In this document: piece by piece, positions 1-11,000 of the stretch
Layout of the letters: each line of letters opens with the position of its first letter
Position numbering within the stretch: position 1 is the first letter of the stretch
IMG/VR virus record: IMGVR_UViG_3300045988_080466
Source of the DNA: a virus
Length of the DNA stretch: 64,000 bases
Direction: 5' to 3' (one strand)
The notes under the pieces: model-generated
Database searches by the model: none
The model's input: the letters and a program-made list of their open reading frames with translations, nothing else
Told to the model about the DNA's origin: nothing
Translations under genes and position numbers: made by a program

Positions 1-2
1 AC

Positions 3-1157
3 TATGGTGGAGATTTGCCTGATAACAATACAGGATTCACTAATGATTTCTATGCTTGCATGAATAATGGCTATGCTGGAAGACCTATCTTTGCTGTCCT
101 TAGAGGATGTGGTAGAGATGAAGATGGTAATGGTCGTCTGAAAGTATTGAGTGGTTACAATTCAGGTTGGTCTTATAGTATGGATGGAAATCTTTGGAGA
201 CAATATCAAGAACCTGACTATGGTGGATGGGATTTAGATTGTAATAGGTGGTCGTTCATTTTGTGGAAGACAACTGATTCTGACAAATATGTAGCTTTAA
301 ATGCTTGTATGTGTGTAGACAACTGGGACGGAAGAGGAAACACTTTCATGCTTGATAAACTGATGTTATTCTTATCTCAGCTATATGTTGCACAAGATAG
401 AGAATATTCAACAGAAAAATATATTCCGGATAATGTTTACTATCAGAATAATTTCAAAGCAGCATATAAATACACTATAACAGCAGAACCTACAGAAAAG
501 GGAAATAAGGTACTTAATATTATTAGCGAAGGAAAAAGAATAGATGCAAAAGCCATCAATGATATAATAGCAGACTTTGAAGATACTCCATCTGAAAAAG
601 TAATTGTTGCAGAATTACCTTCTTTAAATAACATTAATTACGTTTTGAGCCTAGATAGATTAATTTCTCAAGACTATTCTACATCAGTTACTACTCCAAG
701 TGCAGACTCTTTATTAATAAGATATACAACTGCTGGAGAAGGAGGATTCTCAGGACTTGGAGCTGTTGGGCCAAATGGGGACATTTATGAAGCTACTTTA
801 AATGGAGAGCCGTTCTCCGAAGGTAGAATTTATTGGCTAAACAGAACTGGACAAATTGGATTTTATGGACTGCAAGAGAAGCCATTTACTTTATACAAAG
901 ATACGTTCTCTGTTGACGGTAGTGGTAATATCACAGTTTCCAGAGTAACCACAGTAGATGTTGCATCAGGAAATTATTCAGCTCTTGGCAATATATTGAC
1001 TCTGCAATCTACCGAAACAGGTAAGCCTAACATATTGGTCAACCGAGCATCTCTAGGTGTAGCAGGAACAACAAGAAGAATTTCTAGTTACAGTGACGAT
1101 GATTGGTTCAATATATATCAAATAAAAATAAGTAGTGATTTAGCTATTTGCGGATGA
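3..1157 (+). CDS. virion/tail-associated structural protein, 5' end outside window
   Basis: The frame is already open from nt 3; the track start at 15 is a TTG inside that open frame. The TGA stop at 1155-1157 overlaps the next ATG (ATGA). No catalytic motif recognised; function is inferred only from position in the structural arm. Confidence 0.5.
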   Translation, partial: YGGDLPDNNTGFTNDFYACMNNGYAGRPIFAVLRGCGRDEDGNGRLKVLSGYNSGWSYSMDGNLWRQYQEPDYGGWDLDCNRWSFILWKTTDSDKYVALNACMCVDNWDGRGNTFMLDKLMLFLSQLYVAQDREYSTEKYIPDNVYYQNNFKAAYKYTITAEPTEKGNKVLNIISEGKRIDAKAINDIIADFEDTPSEKVIVAELPSLNNINYVLSLDRLISQDYSTSVTTPSADSLLIRYTTAGEGGFSGLGAVGPNGDIYEATLNGEPFSEGRIYWLNRTGQIGFYGLQEKPFTLYKDTFSVDGSGNITVSRVTTVDVASGNYSALGNILTLQSTETGKPNILVNRASLGVAGTTRRISSYSDDDWFNIYQIKISSDLAICG

Positions 1158-4100
1158 AGATAACATATAACAATACAGAGGTAACTGCATCGTCTAAGAC
1201 GTTTGAACTTGCGGACTTTCGTCTAGACTTTCAGTTATCTTTAAAGAAAATCAATACAAAAGGTAGAATAGTATACGAATATAATCCGTTTAGAAATTAT
1301 AGGCTTCCAGATGGAACCCTGAATGATTTCGATACAGAAGAACTTGGATTTGATATTAATAATCCAGTTTCTATACTTACTCAACCTTCGTATGATGGTT
1401 CTGTCAATCTAATATTGAATGACAATAAGAACATACCGAGATTAATTAACTCAAGATTCTCTGTAAGAGAATTGAATACATACGAAATAGTCGATAGGTC
1501 AGGAAGTAATGATACCAATATTTACGACCAAGGGGAACAGTTTAATATTGATACATCGCTTTATAAAAGAACTACAACTATCCCTAAACTAGATTTTGGT
1601 GGAGTATTCCCAGGCGGAGACCTAGATGTTGGAAACTATGTATTTTATTTTAAATTCTCTGATGCAGACGGAAATGAAACAGATTTTGTAGCTGAGTCAG
1701 GAATTGTATCTGTATTTATTGGAACTTCTCCGCAGTCTATTAGAAGTGGATTAAGAAATGAAAATAGCCATAAATACGCTCAGTTTGTTCTTAGAAATAT
1801 CGATTCTGCATATAATTACGTTACTGTTTATTATACGAAAAGTACTTCTGATGCTAATCAATCAGAGGTAACATCTGCCCATAAGATAGACAAAAAGTAC
1901 CTTATTAGAGGTGATGCTTCTGTTATTCTTATTAATGGTAGTGAAAACATTATTGATATTTCATTAGATGATATTAATATGCAGTATAATATTGTGGATA
2001 GAGTTAAAGCTCAAGCTGCTTGTCAGAATATGTTATTCCTAGGTAATGTTAATAAACCTAAGATAGACTACACAGAGCTTGCTGACCTATCTCTAAGATT
2101 CACTCCTTATCTCAACACTTCTAAGAAGATAGAAGATGTAGGAACATCTTATGATACCGCTGCCGGATACTATAATCCAAATAATATATATCACTTCCTT
2201 GGATATTGGAATAATGAAATTTATAGACTTGGTATAGTTTATATCTTAAAGGATAATTCATTATCTCCTGTATTTAACATTAGAGGAAGGGATGAGATTC
2301 CTACATATACACAAGGACTTTATACAGATACTCCATTGTACGATGCTCAAGGTAAGAGAAATTATATATCTATTAATGAATCTGATTACACAATTTCATC
2401 AAATGGATATATTGAAAATGCAATGGGTGTATGTAGATTTATAAATGAAACTGATACTAATACTGATAAGATTGCTTATGGTATTGATATTAGAATTATG
2501 CAGGAATCTAACGAAGTAATGGAAGAATTGAAAAAGCACATCAAAGGTTTCTTCTTTGTAAGACAGAAAAGAATCCCAACTGTACTTTGTCAAGCACTTA
2601 CCATAGGACTGGATAGACAGAGTCATTTACCTACTGTTCCAGTTAATTTGGAGAAGGTAACTAATAGAAGTCTAACATCGGAAGAAAAATCAGAGAATTT
2701 CATTCTTGAAAGGTTCATAAACGACGATAGGACTTTAGATAGTGACTATGTATCTAGGCTTTATAAAATGAAGAAGTCTGGTATATTGCAGAAAGCCGCA
2801 ATTTGCCCGGAGTACGAATTACGTGCCCCATATTTCAATCAACTCTTTACAGGAGAAGATTTCCCAGTAGGAGAAGCTGATTGCCAACCTACAGAAGAAT
2901 ATTTTGACTGTGAATATATAAATAACAGACACTTATATATCCCTGCATACAAGAGTAATATTGGAGAAGCCAAGAACTTATCTCATAAAGTTAACATTAT
3001 AGCTGTTGGAGATGATGTGGAACTTGTATCAAACGGAAATCAGAAATTCTCTTCAAGAGCTGGTTCTGCCGAAGAAGCATATAAATTTGAATATGCTTAT
3101 AAAGAAAACAAAGTAAAGACAGCATCCAATTTAATTAGAGGAGCCTATGGTCCTTATCTTGGAATGGATAACTTTGAGAGAGTTATGAAACTTATCAATA
3201 TCTACATTCCAGAATATGATGTAGGTAAGAATAAAACATATTTCGATGTCAGATACAGTGATAAATCTTCTTATTATGCAATAAGCGATAGAATAGATAT
3301 TGAAGAGTTTAATAATTCTGTGACTTGTTATAGAGGTGACTGTTACATTTGCCAATATACACATAGAATGAATAGAAACTTCCAAGACCCTTCTGCTCCT
3401 ACTAATGATGATATAGTTGACATTAATACTTGGAAAAACAATTATGATGTTAACAATAGTGAAACAAACGCTAAGATAAACAGAGGGGATGTTAATGCTA
3501 TTCAATTAGGACATTGGATTACATTTAAAGTAAGGTCAAGTATTAATCTAAGTATTAGAGATTTAGATTATTCTTATCCTGCCGAAGAAGGACTTGTAGG
3601 ACATCCTAGAGTATTCTATCCTTTATATGCTCAAAACATAGAAGGCTCATATAAGACTCCAGAATCGTTTGTTATAAATGCTGGAATAAGCTCTACAACA
3701 TCTGATAAGTATTATTTTGAACTTCCTAATGTTCCTTATATAAAGAATAATTACGAAACCAGAATATTGTACTCCAACATACATGTAACTGATGCCTTTA
3801 AGAATGGATTCCGTGAATTTAAGTTTACTAACTATCGGGACTATCCAAAAACTTATGGTTCAATTATTAAAATGGTTGAATTATTTGGTAATATCTTATG
3901 TGTGTTTGAGCATGGTGTTGCCTTAATTCCAGTGAACGAAAGAGTCGAAGCAGGTGACGGAGTAGGCGGAAGCGTCTTCATAAACACCTCTAATGTGCTG
4001 CCAGAGAACCCAAGAGTACTGTCGGATACATTCGGTACCCAGTGGCCCGAAAGTGTCATCAAGACCCCATATTTCGTTTATGGAGTGGACACAGTAGGAA

Positions 4101-5845
4101 GGAAGGTTTGGAGAACTAACGGACAAGAGTTTGAGATAATCTCGGATTTCAAAATACAAGAGTTTCTAAATAATAATATTACTCTTACTGAAAGAGAATT
4201 GACCCCAATAATTGGAATCAGAAATGTGAAAACTCATTACAATAGATTCAAACAGGACGTAATGTTCACATTCTACGATAACCTTTATGGATTCGAAGAG
4301 AAAGTTTGGAACATTTGCTACAATGAAATCTTACAGAAGTGGATGACATTCTATTCATGGGTCCCTTCATATTCTGAAAACATAGATAATATGTATTTCA
4401 GTTTTGATAGAAATACTTCTAAACAGGCAGCTAAAATGTGGGCATCTACTCATGGAGAATATATTTATACTGACACATTCTTGATAGAGGATGATGGCCC
4501 AGTAAATCTATTCTTTAGAGAAGATAAGAAGCCTTCTACATTTGAACTTACTGTTAAGTTTAGTATTGAAAGGGACAATTTAGGAAACTATAAACGTTTC
4601 GTCTTAGACGGAGATACTATTAAGTATAATACTACTGAATACGGAAAACCAGACGGAATTTACTTACTAAACGTAAGAGCTAATCTGGAATATCCAACAG
4701 GTGGTTCTCCTGCAATACAAGAATATATAGATTCTTATAAAAACTATGCAACGGTAAATGCAGGATATTATGACTTAGTAATTGCTTTATGTACTAAAGA
4801 GTATAGAGATAATCTTACTACTTCATTCTGGAAGCATGGAACAGCAGGAATTATTGATATTGCTGATACTCTTAAACCATGTATGTGGTATGGTAAACAA
4901 CATCCATTTGAGTTTGAAGTTGTAGTACTTGATAATCCTTCAGTTCATAAGATATTTGAAAACTTAGTAGTCCTATCTAACAATGTTGCTCCAGAATCAT
5001 TCCATTATGAAATAACTGGAGACGTTTATGATTTTGCTGACGATAGGAGAAATATGTATTTCAGACAAGAAGCTACTAAGAACTTATATCAGTATAATGG
5101 CTCAGATATTCTATTTAATAAGAACTACTTAAAGGTAAAACCAAAACAAAGAGACATATTAGGTTCTACATCTCCTTATAAAGACAGGTCTACAATGTTT
5201 CCTTTGTATTACACAAGAGTAGATACTGTTAATGAAATAGAAGATTATTACCAAGCAGCCACAGCTCCTAATAAAGACTATCAAAGTCTATCAGGTTCTG
5301 AAATTATCTATAATGAGAAACTAGACTCGTTTAAAATCCTTACTCATGTTAAAGGATGCCCATTTAAGGGATTCTATAAACAAAGATGTAAAGATACAGA
5401 CCCAGGAGCTATAATCGATGACTCAGTTCCATATCCATATGTGTGGGCTCAATATGGAAGACTTAGAGGTAACATGGATTTCATAGAAGATAACTGGTAT
5501 GTACAAATTCCTTCAATTAACTTCTACCAGAGGAACGAACTTCAATGGAAGGTTGGAAAGGAAGGAGCTTGGTATCCTCCTCTTAACCTAGTGAACAATC
5601 CTCTTCCGAGTGATATGTCAGTACTAGAGATTAAAGGTAAGAGTGATATTCCAGAGGACTTAGTTAGACTTGGATATGATGTAAATGCAGACTCGTTTGA
5701 TACAACTAAATGGGAAACTATTACTAATCGCAGGAAAGAGTCTAAGATAAAGGATAAGGTTATGAAGGTAAAAATCAGATATACTGGTAACGAGCTAGTT
5801 TACATAACTGCATTAAAAACAATATATAATATAAGTTACGCATGA
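1154..5845 (+). CDS. large tail structural protein (1563 aa; tail hub/muzzle class by size and position only)
   Basis: Uninterrupted 4.7-kb ORF. ATG at 1154 (MKITYNN) is preferred over the track's TTG at 1148 because it gives an ATGA overlap with the upstream stop. The stop overlaps the next gene's ATG at 5842. No enzymatic motifs seen. Confidence 0.55.
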   Translation: MKITYNNTEVTASSKTFELADFRLDFQLSLKKINTKGRIVYEYNPFRNYRLPDGTLNDFDTEELGFDINNPVSILTQPSYDGSVNLILNDNKNIPRLINSRFSVRELNTYEIVDRSGSNDTNIYDQGEQFNIDTSLYKRTTTIPKLDFGGVFPGGDLDVGNYVFYFKFSDADGNETDFVAESGIVSVFIGTSPQSIRSGLRNENSHKYAQFVLRNIDSAYNYVTVYYTKSTSDANQSEVTSAHKIDKKYLIRGDASVILINGSENIIDISLDDINMQYNIVDRVKAQAACQNMLFLGNVNKPKIDYTELADLSLRFTPYLNTSKKIEDVGTSYDTAAGYYNPNNIYHFLGYWNNEIYRLGIVYILKDNSLSPVFNIRGRDEIPTYTQGLYTDTPLYDAQGKRNYISINESDYTISSNGYIENAMGVCRFINETDTNTDKIAYGIDIRIMQESNEVMEELKKHIKGFFFVRQKRIPTVLCQALTIGLDRQSHLPTVPVNLEKVTNRSLTSEEKSENFILERFINDDRTLDSDYVSRLYKMKKSGILQKAAICPEYELRAPYFNQLFTGEDFPVGEADCQPTEEYFDCEYINNRHLYIPAYKSNIGEAKNLSHKVNIIAVGDDVELVSNGNQKFSSRAGSAEEAYKFEYAYKENKVKTASNLIRGAYGPYLGMDNFERVMKLINIYIPEYDVGKNKTYFDVRYSDKSSYYAISDRIDIEEFNNSVTCYRGDCYICQYTHRMNRNFQDPSAPTNDDIVDINTWKNNYDVNNSETNAKINRGDVNAIQLGHWITFKVRSSINLSIRDLDYSYPAEEGLVGHPRVFYPLYAQNIEGSYKTPESFVINAGISSTTSDKYYFELPNVPYIKNNYETRILYSNIHVTDAFKNGFREFKFTNYRDYPKTYGSIIKMVELFGNILCVFEHGVALIPVNERVEAGDGVGGSVFINTSNVLPENPRVLSDTFGTQWPESVIKTPYFVYGVDTVGRKVWRTNGQEFEIISDFKIQEFLNNNITLTERELTPIIGIRNVKTHYNRFKQDVMFTFYDNLYGFEEKVWNICYNEILQKWMTFYSWVPSYSENIDNMYFSFDRNTSKQAAKMWASTHGEYIYTDTFLIEDDGPVNLFFREDKKPSTFELTVKFSIERDNLGNYKRFVLDGDTIKYNTTEYGKPDGIYLLNVRANLEYPTGGSPAIQEYIDSYKNYATVNAGYYDLVIALCTKEYRDNLTTSFWKHGTAGIIDIADTLKPCMWYGKQHPFEFEVVVLDNPSVHKIFENLVVLSNNVAPESFHYEITGDVYDFADDRRNMYFRQEATKNLYQYNGSDILFNKNYLKVKPKQRDILGSTSPYKDRSTMFPLYYTRVDTVNEIEDYYQAATAPNKDYQSLSGSEIIYNEKLDSFKILTHVKGCPFKGFYKQRCKDTDPGAIIDDSVPYPYVWAQYGRLRGNMDFIEDNWYVQIPSINFYQRNELQWKVGKEGAWYPPLNLVNNPLPSDMSVLEIKGKSDIPEDLVRLGYDVNADSFDTTKWETITNRRKESKIKDKVMKVKIRYTGNELVYITALKTIYNISYA

Positions 5846-7023
5846 ATGAAAATCAAATTAGTGGAATGACAACAATGCCACAATTGCCATCTATCATTCC
5901 TCCTCAGTTTAGTATAACTAATAAAGTAGGCCCATCGAAACTTCCTAAAATGGATTTCTCCTCTGCTACTAAAGGCAGAGGAGGATTCTTTCAGGGAATG
6001 GGTGGAATGGGTTCTCTAGGAAATATGGCTAGTACTGTTAGTAGTCTAATTCCTCAAAAAGAACAATCTGGACTTACTACTGGACTTAATGCTGGCTATG
6101 ATGCTGCTGCTAATGTAGTTAGTGCTATTCCTGGAGTTGGAACAATCATTGGAGGAGCTATGAAGATTGGTGGTATGTTATCAGACGGACTTACAGCTAT
6201 GGGAGTGGGAACAGACCAAATGACTACAACCGATAAGATTCTGGATAGTAAATTTATGAAATTAACTCCAATAGGTCTCATTAATGCCTTTGGTGCTAAG
6301 AAAGCTGACACTATCAATAAAGATGCCGAAACATTCGAACAGGTAGGTAGTTCTTACACTGGAACAGAAGGAGAAGTAGACTCTGCTACTGAAAAGAGTG
6401 GAAAGAAATATGGACTACTTAGTGGTAAGGGAAGAAAAAAAGCCAATGCACAGATTGCAGAAGCTAAGAGAAAACAGAATGTAGTTGCAGGAATTGCTGA
6501 TGAAGCTAGTGACGCATTTGCTAATCAAAGAGGTTCTCTGGATATGCTAAATACTAGGAATTTATTAAATATGAGTGGTGGATATAAACAGAGAGGTTCT
6601 TATGTCGGAAGAAATGGATTAAAACTTCCATCCGTAGAGGATATGGAGAAAGCTAGAGCTACTGTTGCGAGAATTAGACAGAAAAAACTATCTGAATCTA
6701 AACCTGTTGAAGAGTTCAAAGATGGAGGTAAGATGAATGTAATTCCAGAAGGAGCTTTACATGCACATAAGCATCACATGGATGTTGAAGGTATTACTCC
6801 TAAAGGTATTGCAGTAGTAACTCAAGAAGAAGGTGGAGTAGTTCAACATGCTGAAATAGAACGCAATGAAATAATCTTTACCAAAGAGGTAACAGAAGAA
6901 TTGGAACGTCTATATAAAGATGGAAGTGATGAAGCAGCAATACAAGCTGGAAAGCTAATTGCTAAGCAAATAATTGAAAATACTCAAGATAATACAGGAT
7001 TAATCGCGGAGGTACAGGTATGA
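5842..7023 (+). CDS. putative internal/ejected virion protein with Gly-rich hydrophobic segments and a His cluster
   Basis: ATGA overlaps at both ends. Hydrophobic Gly-rich stretches (GGFFQGMGGMGSLGNM, SAIPGVGTIIGGAMKIGGMLSDGLTAMGVG). Also FKDGGKMNVIPEGALHAHKHHMD. Confidence 0.6.
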   Translation: MNENQISGMTTMPQLPSIIPPQFSITNKVGPSKLPKMDFSSATKGRGGFFQGMGGMGSLGNMASTVSSLIPQKEQSGLTTGLNAGYDAAANVVSAIPGVGTIIGGAMKIGGMLSDGLTAMGVGTDQMTTTDKILDSKFMKLTPIGLINAFGAKKADTINKDAETFEQVGSSYTGTEGEVDSATEKSGKKYGLLSGKGRKKANAQIAEAKRKQNVVAGIADEASDAFANQRGSLDMLNTRNLLNMSGGYKQRGSYVGRNGLKLPSVEDMEKARATVARIRQKKLSESKPVEEFKDGGKMNVIPEGALHAHKHHMDVEGITPKGIAVVTQEEGGVVQHAEIERNEIIFTKEVTEELERLYKDGSDEAAIQAGKLIAKQIIENTQDNTGLIAEVQV

Positions 7024-7601
7024 AAATAGAAATAGGAGATAAAGAATATAACGTAGAGGTTGCAAGAACCGAGGAAGAGAAGGTTAAAGGCCTACAAGAA
7101 AAGGAGTCTTTAGGAGAAGATGAGGGGATGTTATTTGTGTATGACGAACCTCAAGAAATCGCCTTTTGGATGAAAGATACTGCAATTCCGTTGGACATAG
7201 TATTTATGGATGAAGATGGAGAGGTAATATCAGTTAAACAAGGACAGCCCTACGATGAAACTTTATTAGAAGAAGATGGAGTAATGTATGTTCTTGAAGT
7301 TAATCAGAACTCGGGAATCCAACCGGGCGATGAACTCGATATAGAAGATGACGATGATGACAAACAGCCAGTTATGAAAGTGCTGGCTCCAGACGGTTCC
7401 ACTCAAATGGAACTTGAAGGTGGAGAGAGAATTTTTAGTAGAAAAAATACTAAAACACTTATCAAAATGGCTAAACGAGCATATTCTTCGGAATTAGATA
7501 AGGATTATAAAGCCTTAGGAAAGAAAGCTTTTAAATACTTACATATACAGGACACAAATACTCCAGAATACGTAGATACTCCAAAGAGTAAAGAAGATTA
7601 A
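7020..7601 (+). CDS. DUF192-like domain protein
   Basis: The N-terminal half (KVKGLQEKESLGEDEGMLFVYDEPQEIAFWMKDTAIPLDIVFMDEDGEVISV) matches my memory of the DUF192/COG1430 pattern (GL..R..L....GMLF.F......FWMKNT.IPLDI.F.D..G.V). An acidic linker (DIEDDDDDK) precedes a C-terminal tail. Confidence 0.6.
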   Translation: MKIEIGDKEYNVEVARTEEEKVKGLQEKESLGEDEGMLFVYDEPQEIAFWMKDTAIPLDIVFMDEDGEVISVKQGQPYDETLLEEDGVMYVLEVNQNSGIQPGDELDIEDDDDDKQPVMKVLAPDGSTQMELEGGERIFSRKNTKTLIKMAKRAYSSELDKDYKALGKKAFKYLHIQDTNTPEYVDTPKSKED

Positions 7602-7650
7602 CTATTTTAAATGAACTAAACGTATAAATACTAAATTAATGGATTATTAT

Positions 7651-7681
7651 TTTGATATGTCCATAAATATTGCTAATTTTG
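7651..7681 (+). promoter_or_regulatory. Bacteroidota-type promoter (TTTG-N19-TAnnTTTG)
   Basis: TTTG at 7651-7654, a 19-nt spacer, then TAATTTTG at 7674-7681. It lies in the only sizeable + strand intergenic gap (7602-7719). An A-rich, SD-less leader runs to the ATG at 7720. Confidence 0.5.
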
Positions 7682-7719
7682 TCAAGTATTTAAGTATTTA
7701 ACGTTAAAACTAAAGAATT

Positions 7720-8025
7720 ATGAAATTAGAACCTAAAGTAAAGAAATTTCAGGAAGGCGGAGCAGCTCCAGCACCTGCTGCTGAACCAATGCCAGCTGAA
7801 CAAGGTGCAGCACCAGAACAAGGTGGAGGAGAAGGCGACCCATTGATGCAATTAGCTCAAATGGCTGCAGAAGCACTACAAAGTGGTGATTGTAATACAA
7901 CTCTAGCTGTATGTGAAGGATTTATGCAACTCATTCAAGAAGCATCACAAGGACAAGGCGGAGAAGCAGCTCCTCAAGGTGAACCCGTCTATAAAAGAGG
8001 TGGAACCTTAGTCAGAAGAGTATAA
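7720..8025 (+). CDS. small Ala/Pro/Gly/Gln-rich protein (101 aa), probably abundant virion-associated
   Basis: ATG ORF flanked by its own promoter-like element and a hairpin terminator. N-terminus is MKLEPKVKKFQEGG; C-terminus is YKRGGTLVRRV. Confidence 0.65.
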   Translation: MKLEPKVKKFQEGGAAPAPAAEPMPAEQGAAPEQGGGEGDPLMQLAQMAAEALQSGDCNTTLAVCEGFMQLIQEASQGQGGEAAPQGEPVYKRGGTLVRRV

Positions 8026-8038
8026 GAGTAGAAGTTAG

Positions 8039-8076
8039 AAAGGAGTGTACAAGATTTATGTATGCTCCTTTTTTAT
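8039..8076 (+). terminator. Rho-independent terminator
   Basis: A 12-bp stem (8039-8050 pairing with 8060-8071, GGAG/CTCC core, two G-U pairs) with a 9-nt loop, running into TTTTTTATT. Confidence 0.6.
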
Positions 8077-8092
8077 TATAAATGTAAAACAC

Positions 8093-11000
8093 ATGTCACA
8101 GGCGATTAAAAAATTATCAAACGGTGGAGGTGTCTCACAAACTGAACAGAAACCAAAAGAAGAAACTCCTCAAGTAAGAACATTTAAACTTGGAGAGAGA
8201 GAAATTGAAACAGGCTCTTTATTAAGAAATGCTGACTCAAATTTAGAATCATACCTTGAAAGTACAGGTTGGAGTTCTAAAAAGAAGAACGCTTTCAGAG
8301 AAACTTATGGTAAATACCTGCAAGGAATTAACTCTGGAACAATCTCTTCTAGAGATGTAGGAAGAAATTGGATTGACTCCACTGGACAATTAACAAATAC
8401 TTCTGGAAAGGGATTCGATGCTAATGGAGCCGTGGCACATTACCTGGACTCAATAGCAGATGCTATTCCAGATTATGTAAAAGAAGAGAAAGTTCAACCT
8501 ACTGTTACTAAGAAATCACTTAATTTTAGTGCAGGACTAAATAAGTCACTGCTTGATAAATTCTTCGGAGGAAATAGATACAATCAATCAGTTTGGTATA
8601 GTAGAGACGCTTTAGATGAAACTACGAAGAAAAGAGGGATAACCAATAGATTAAAAGATTTTTCAAGTCAATTTAACTCTTACGCTGATTCATTATTAAA
8701 TGACCCTGAGTTTGATACTAAGTATGATTTATCAAATACAGCCTTTAAGAACAAGGATGAGTTTAGAAACAAAATAGAACAGGCTAAAGCAGCTCTGTCT
8801 AATGATAAATTCGGAGATGATGATTGGAGAGCTTTGGCAGAACTTGGAATAGACCCAGAAGGTTACAGAGGTTGGTTTGGAGATGTTGATGATGCAACAG
8901 CACAGCAACAAGCAGTAAAGAAAGATAATTATAAAGGAACTCCACTAGAGGATTTATCTAAAGCAAATACTAAACTTACAGATGCTGGATTCTTGGCTAG
9001 AACTGATGAGAAAGGTAACATATTTTATTTAAATCCAGACGGTACAGAAATTAAGAATGGAGTTATTGGAGAAGAATTTAACCCCAAGACCGATTCTTTA
9101 GCAGGTTGGTTTAGAGTAAATGGAAACATTTATAACCCAAGCGAATATGCTAATTGGAGTCCAGAAGTAAAGAACGCTTATAATATTATCCTTAATCAAC
9201 AGGATGATAAAAACATATATGATGACCCTGTTTACGGAGAACTTAAAGATAAATACGGATATTCTCATGTAGCAGATGCTTCTCTATTCTTCGATAATTT
9301 CAATGGAGAATTAGTAAAAGCATATACAAGACCTACTGTTGAGAATCCTACTGGTTCTAAATCTCAATACTTCCTTAATAAGAATGGTAAGTTTACTCCA
9401 GTAAACGTTACCTACAATGATATTTTGGGAGAATGGGTTGCCAATGATAATGGCACAACCATTAGATTAGGAAAACAAAGAGAAGCCGGTACACAACCGA
9501 TTTCTGGAAGTGATGCAAAAGTAGGATTTAATAAAGTAAGACAATTTACCTTTAGTGGTAAGGATGCTTATACACAAGACAATATCTTAGGTTTATTAAG
9601 AAGACTTGGAGATAATCCTAATCTTGCCAATGATGCAAGATACAGAAGTTTTATTCAAGGACTTTTCTTACCCGGTTTATTAGATTCAATGAAATCAGAA
9701 GAGGGAATACCTCTAACTGACCTTATTAAAGAGGGAAGAATTGACTTTAGACTACTTCCAAATGAGACTAAGAGAGGATTAAGAATCCTTAGAGATAGTC
9801 AGGGTAGAGTTACTAACCTTACATTTGACACAGGAGATGGGCCTCACAGTTCAGGTTCTCCATTAGGTGGAACAGGTTGGAAAGGATTTAAACCTATCAA
9901 AACAGACTATAATGCATCTCCCTTAAAAAGGAAAGAGGGAGGAATCATTAAAGCACAATGGGGAGTAAGTACTGATTACATAGTGGACAGACGTAAACCC
10001 GCAGTAGAGCTTAATGAAGAAGAAAAGAAATTAAATAAGAAAGCTACTGATAGTTATGATAAAACCCAATCAATAAAGTTTGATAATAAAGACTTGACTG
10101 ACGCAGGTGGTATTATTAAAACTTCTGATAGGGTAAAAATGGGGGCAGCTATGGCTGACTTATTAAGTGCAGGACTTGGGTTTGTTCCAGGAGCTAACAT
10201 TGCTTCCGCGGGTATTGGAGCCGCTAGTTCACTTGCTGAATTTGGTGCTGATGTTTCTGATGGACTCGAATGGGGAGATGTAGGAAATCTGGCTCTTAAC
10301 TTGGGAATGGATGCAGTGTCATTAATTCCTGCAATGAAGAGTATTAAAGCAGCTAAAGCTATGGGCAAATTAGCTAAGTTTGTTCCACTTATAGCAACAG
10401 CTATTGGAGCAAGTACATTATTTAATGACCAAGAAAGAGAATCTCTTACATCATCATTAAAGAAAGTAACTAGTGGTAATGTAAAGGATTTAAGTACTGA
10501 CGACTTTAAAAATCTAGCAACCATTTCAAGAGTTGTACTAGGTGGTAAAAACTTCCTAAAATCTCAAGACGGCAAAATAATGTCAAGACTTAGAGGAACG
10601 AAGAGAGCCCCATCTACTAAACAAGAAATATCTGTAGTTGTTAAAGGAAGAGAAAATCCTATTAAAGTTCAAGTAAATAATGCAGACATTGAAGGAAAGG
10701 ATGCAAACTATATACAAGATTTAGCTAAAAAGAAAGCTAAGAAAATACTGGCCGATGAAGGCTTAGTAGAAAAGAATATTCCTGATGATGCTTTATCAGT
10801 AGAAACTAAAGGTACTGATAAGTGGTATAAAGGAAGTCTTTTAAATAAGAAGAGAGTTCCAACAAAGAAAGTGCCAGGATTTGAGTATTCTAAACCTAAT
10901 TGGGCGCAGAGACATTTAGTTCCTCAATCTTCAGAAACCCCTAAGAACTTTGGACAATTCTGGGGAATGAGAGGTATCAATCCTAATGGAAGACTTGGTT

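Noticed and set aside
8041-8046. AGGAG at 8041-8045 as a Shine-Dalgarno site for the track's 8045 start.
   Set aside because: It forms the 5' arm of the terminator hairpin (pairing with CTCCT at 8065-8069). The other genes here have A-rich, SD-less leaders.
8045-8092. Track-proposed upstream non-ATG starts (8045, 1148, 37222, 44891, 45435, 45956, 47472, 55710, 58883, 63692).
   Set aside because: These are TTG, GTG or weak-context starts, and the extensions run into the upstream gene or a terminator. A downstream ATG that forms an ATGA or abutting junction, as in the rest of the genome, is more parsimonious.
10054-10524. Antisense ORFs of 60-156 aa inside the giant + strand genes (e.g. 3131-3505, 10054-10524, 11725-12039, 12223-12507, 28124-28468, 30415-30804, 32848-33180).
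   Set aside because: Each lies wholly within a much longer, motif-bearing ORF on the opposite strand. Their translations are low-complexity Leu/Ser/Ile-rich, which is typical of shadow frames in AT-rich DNA.
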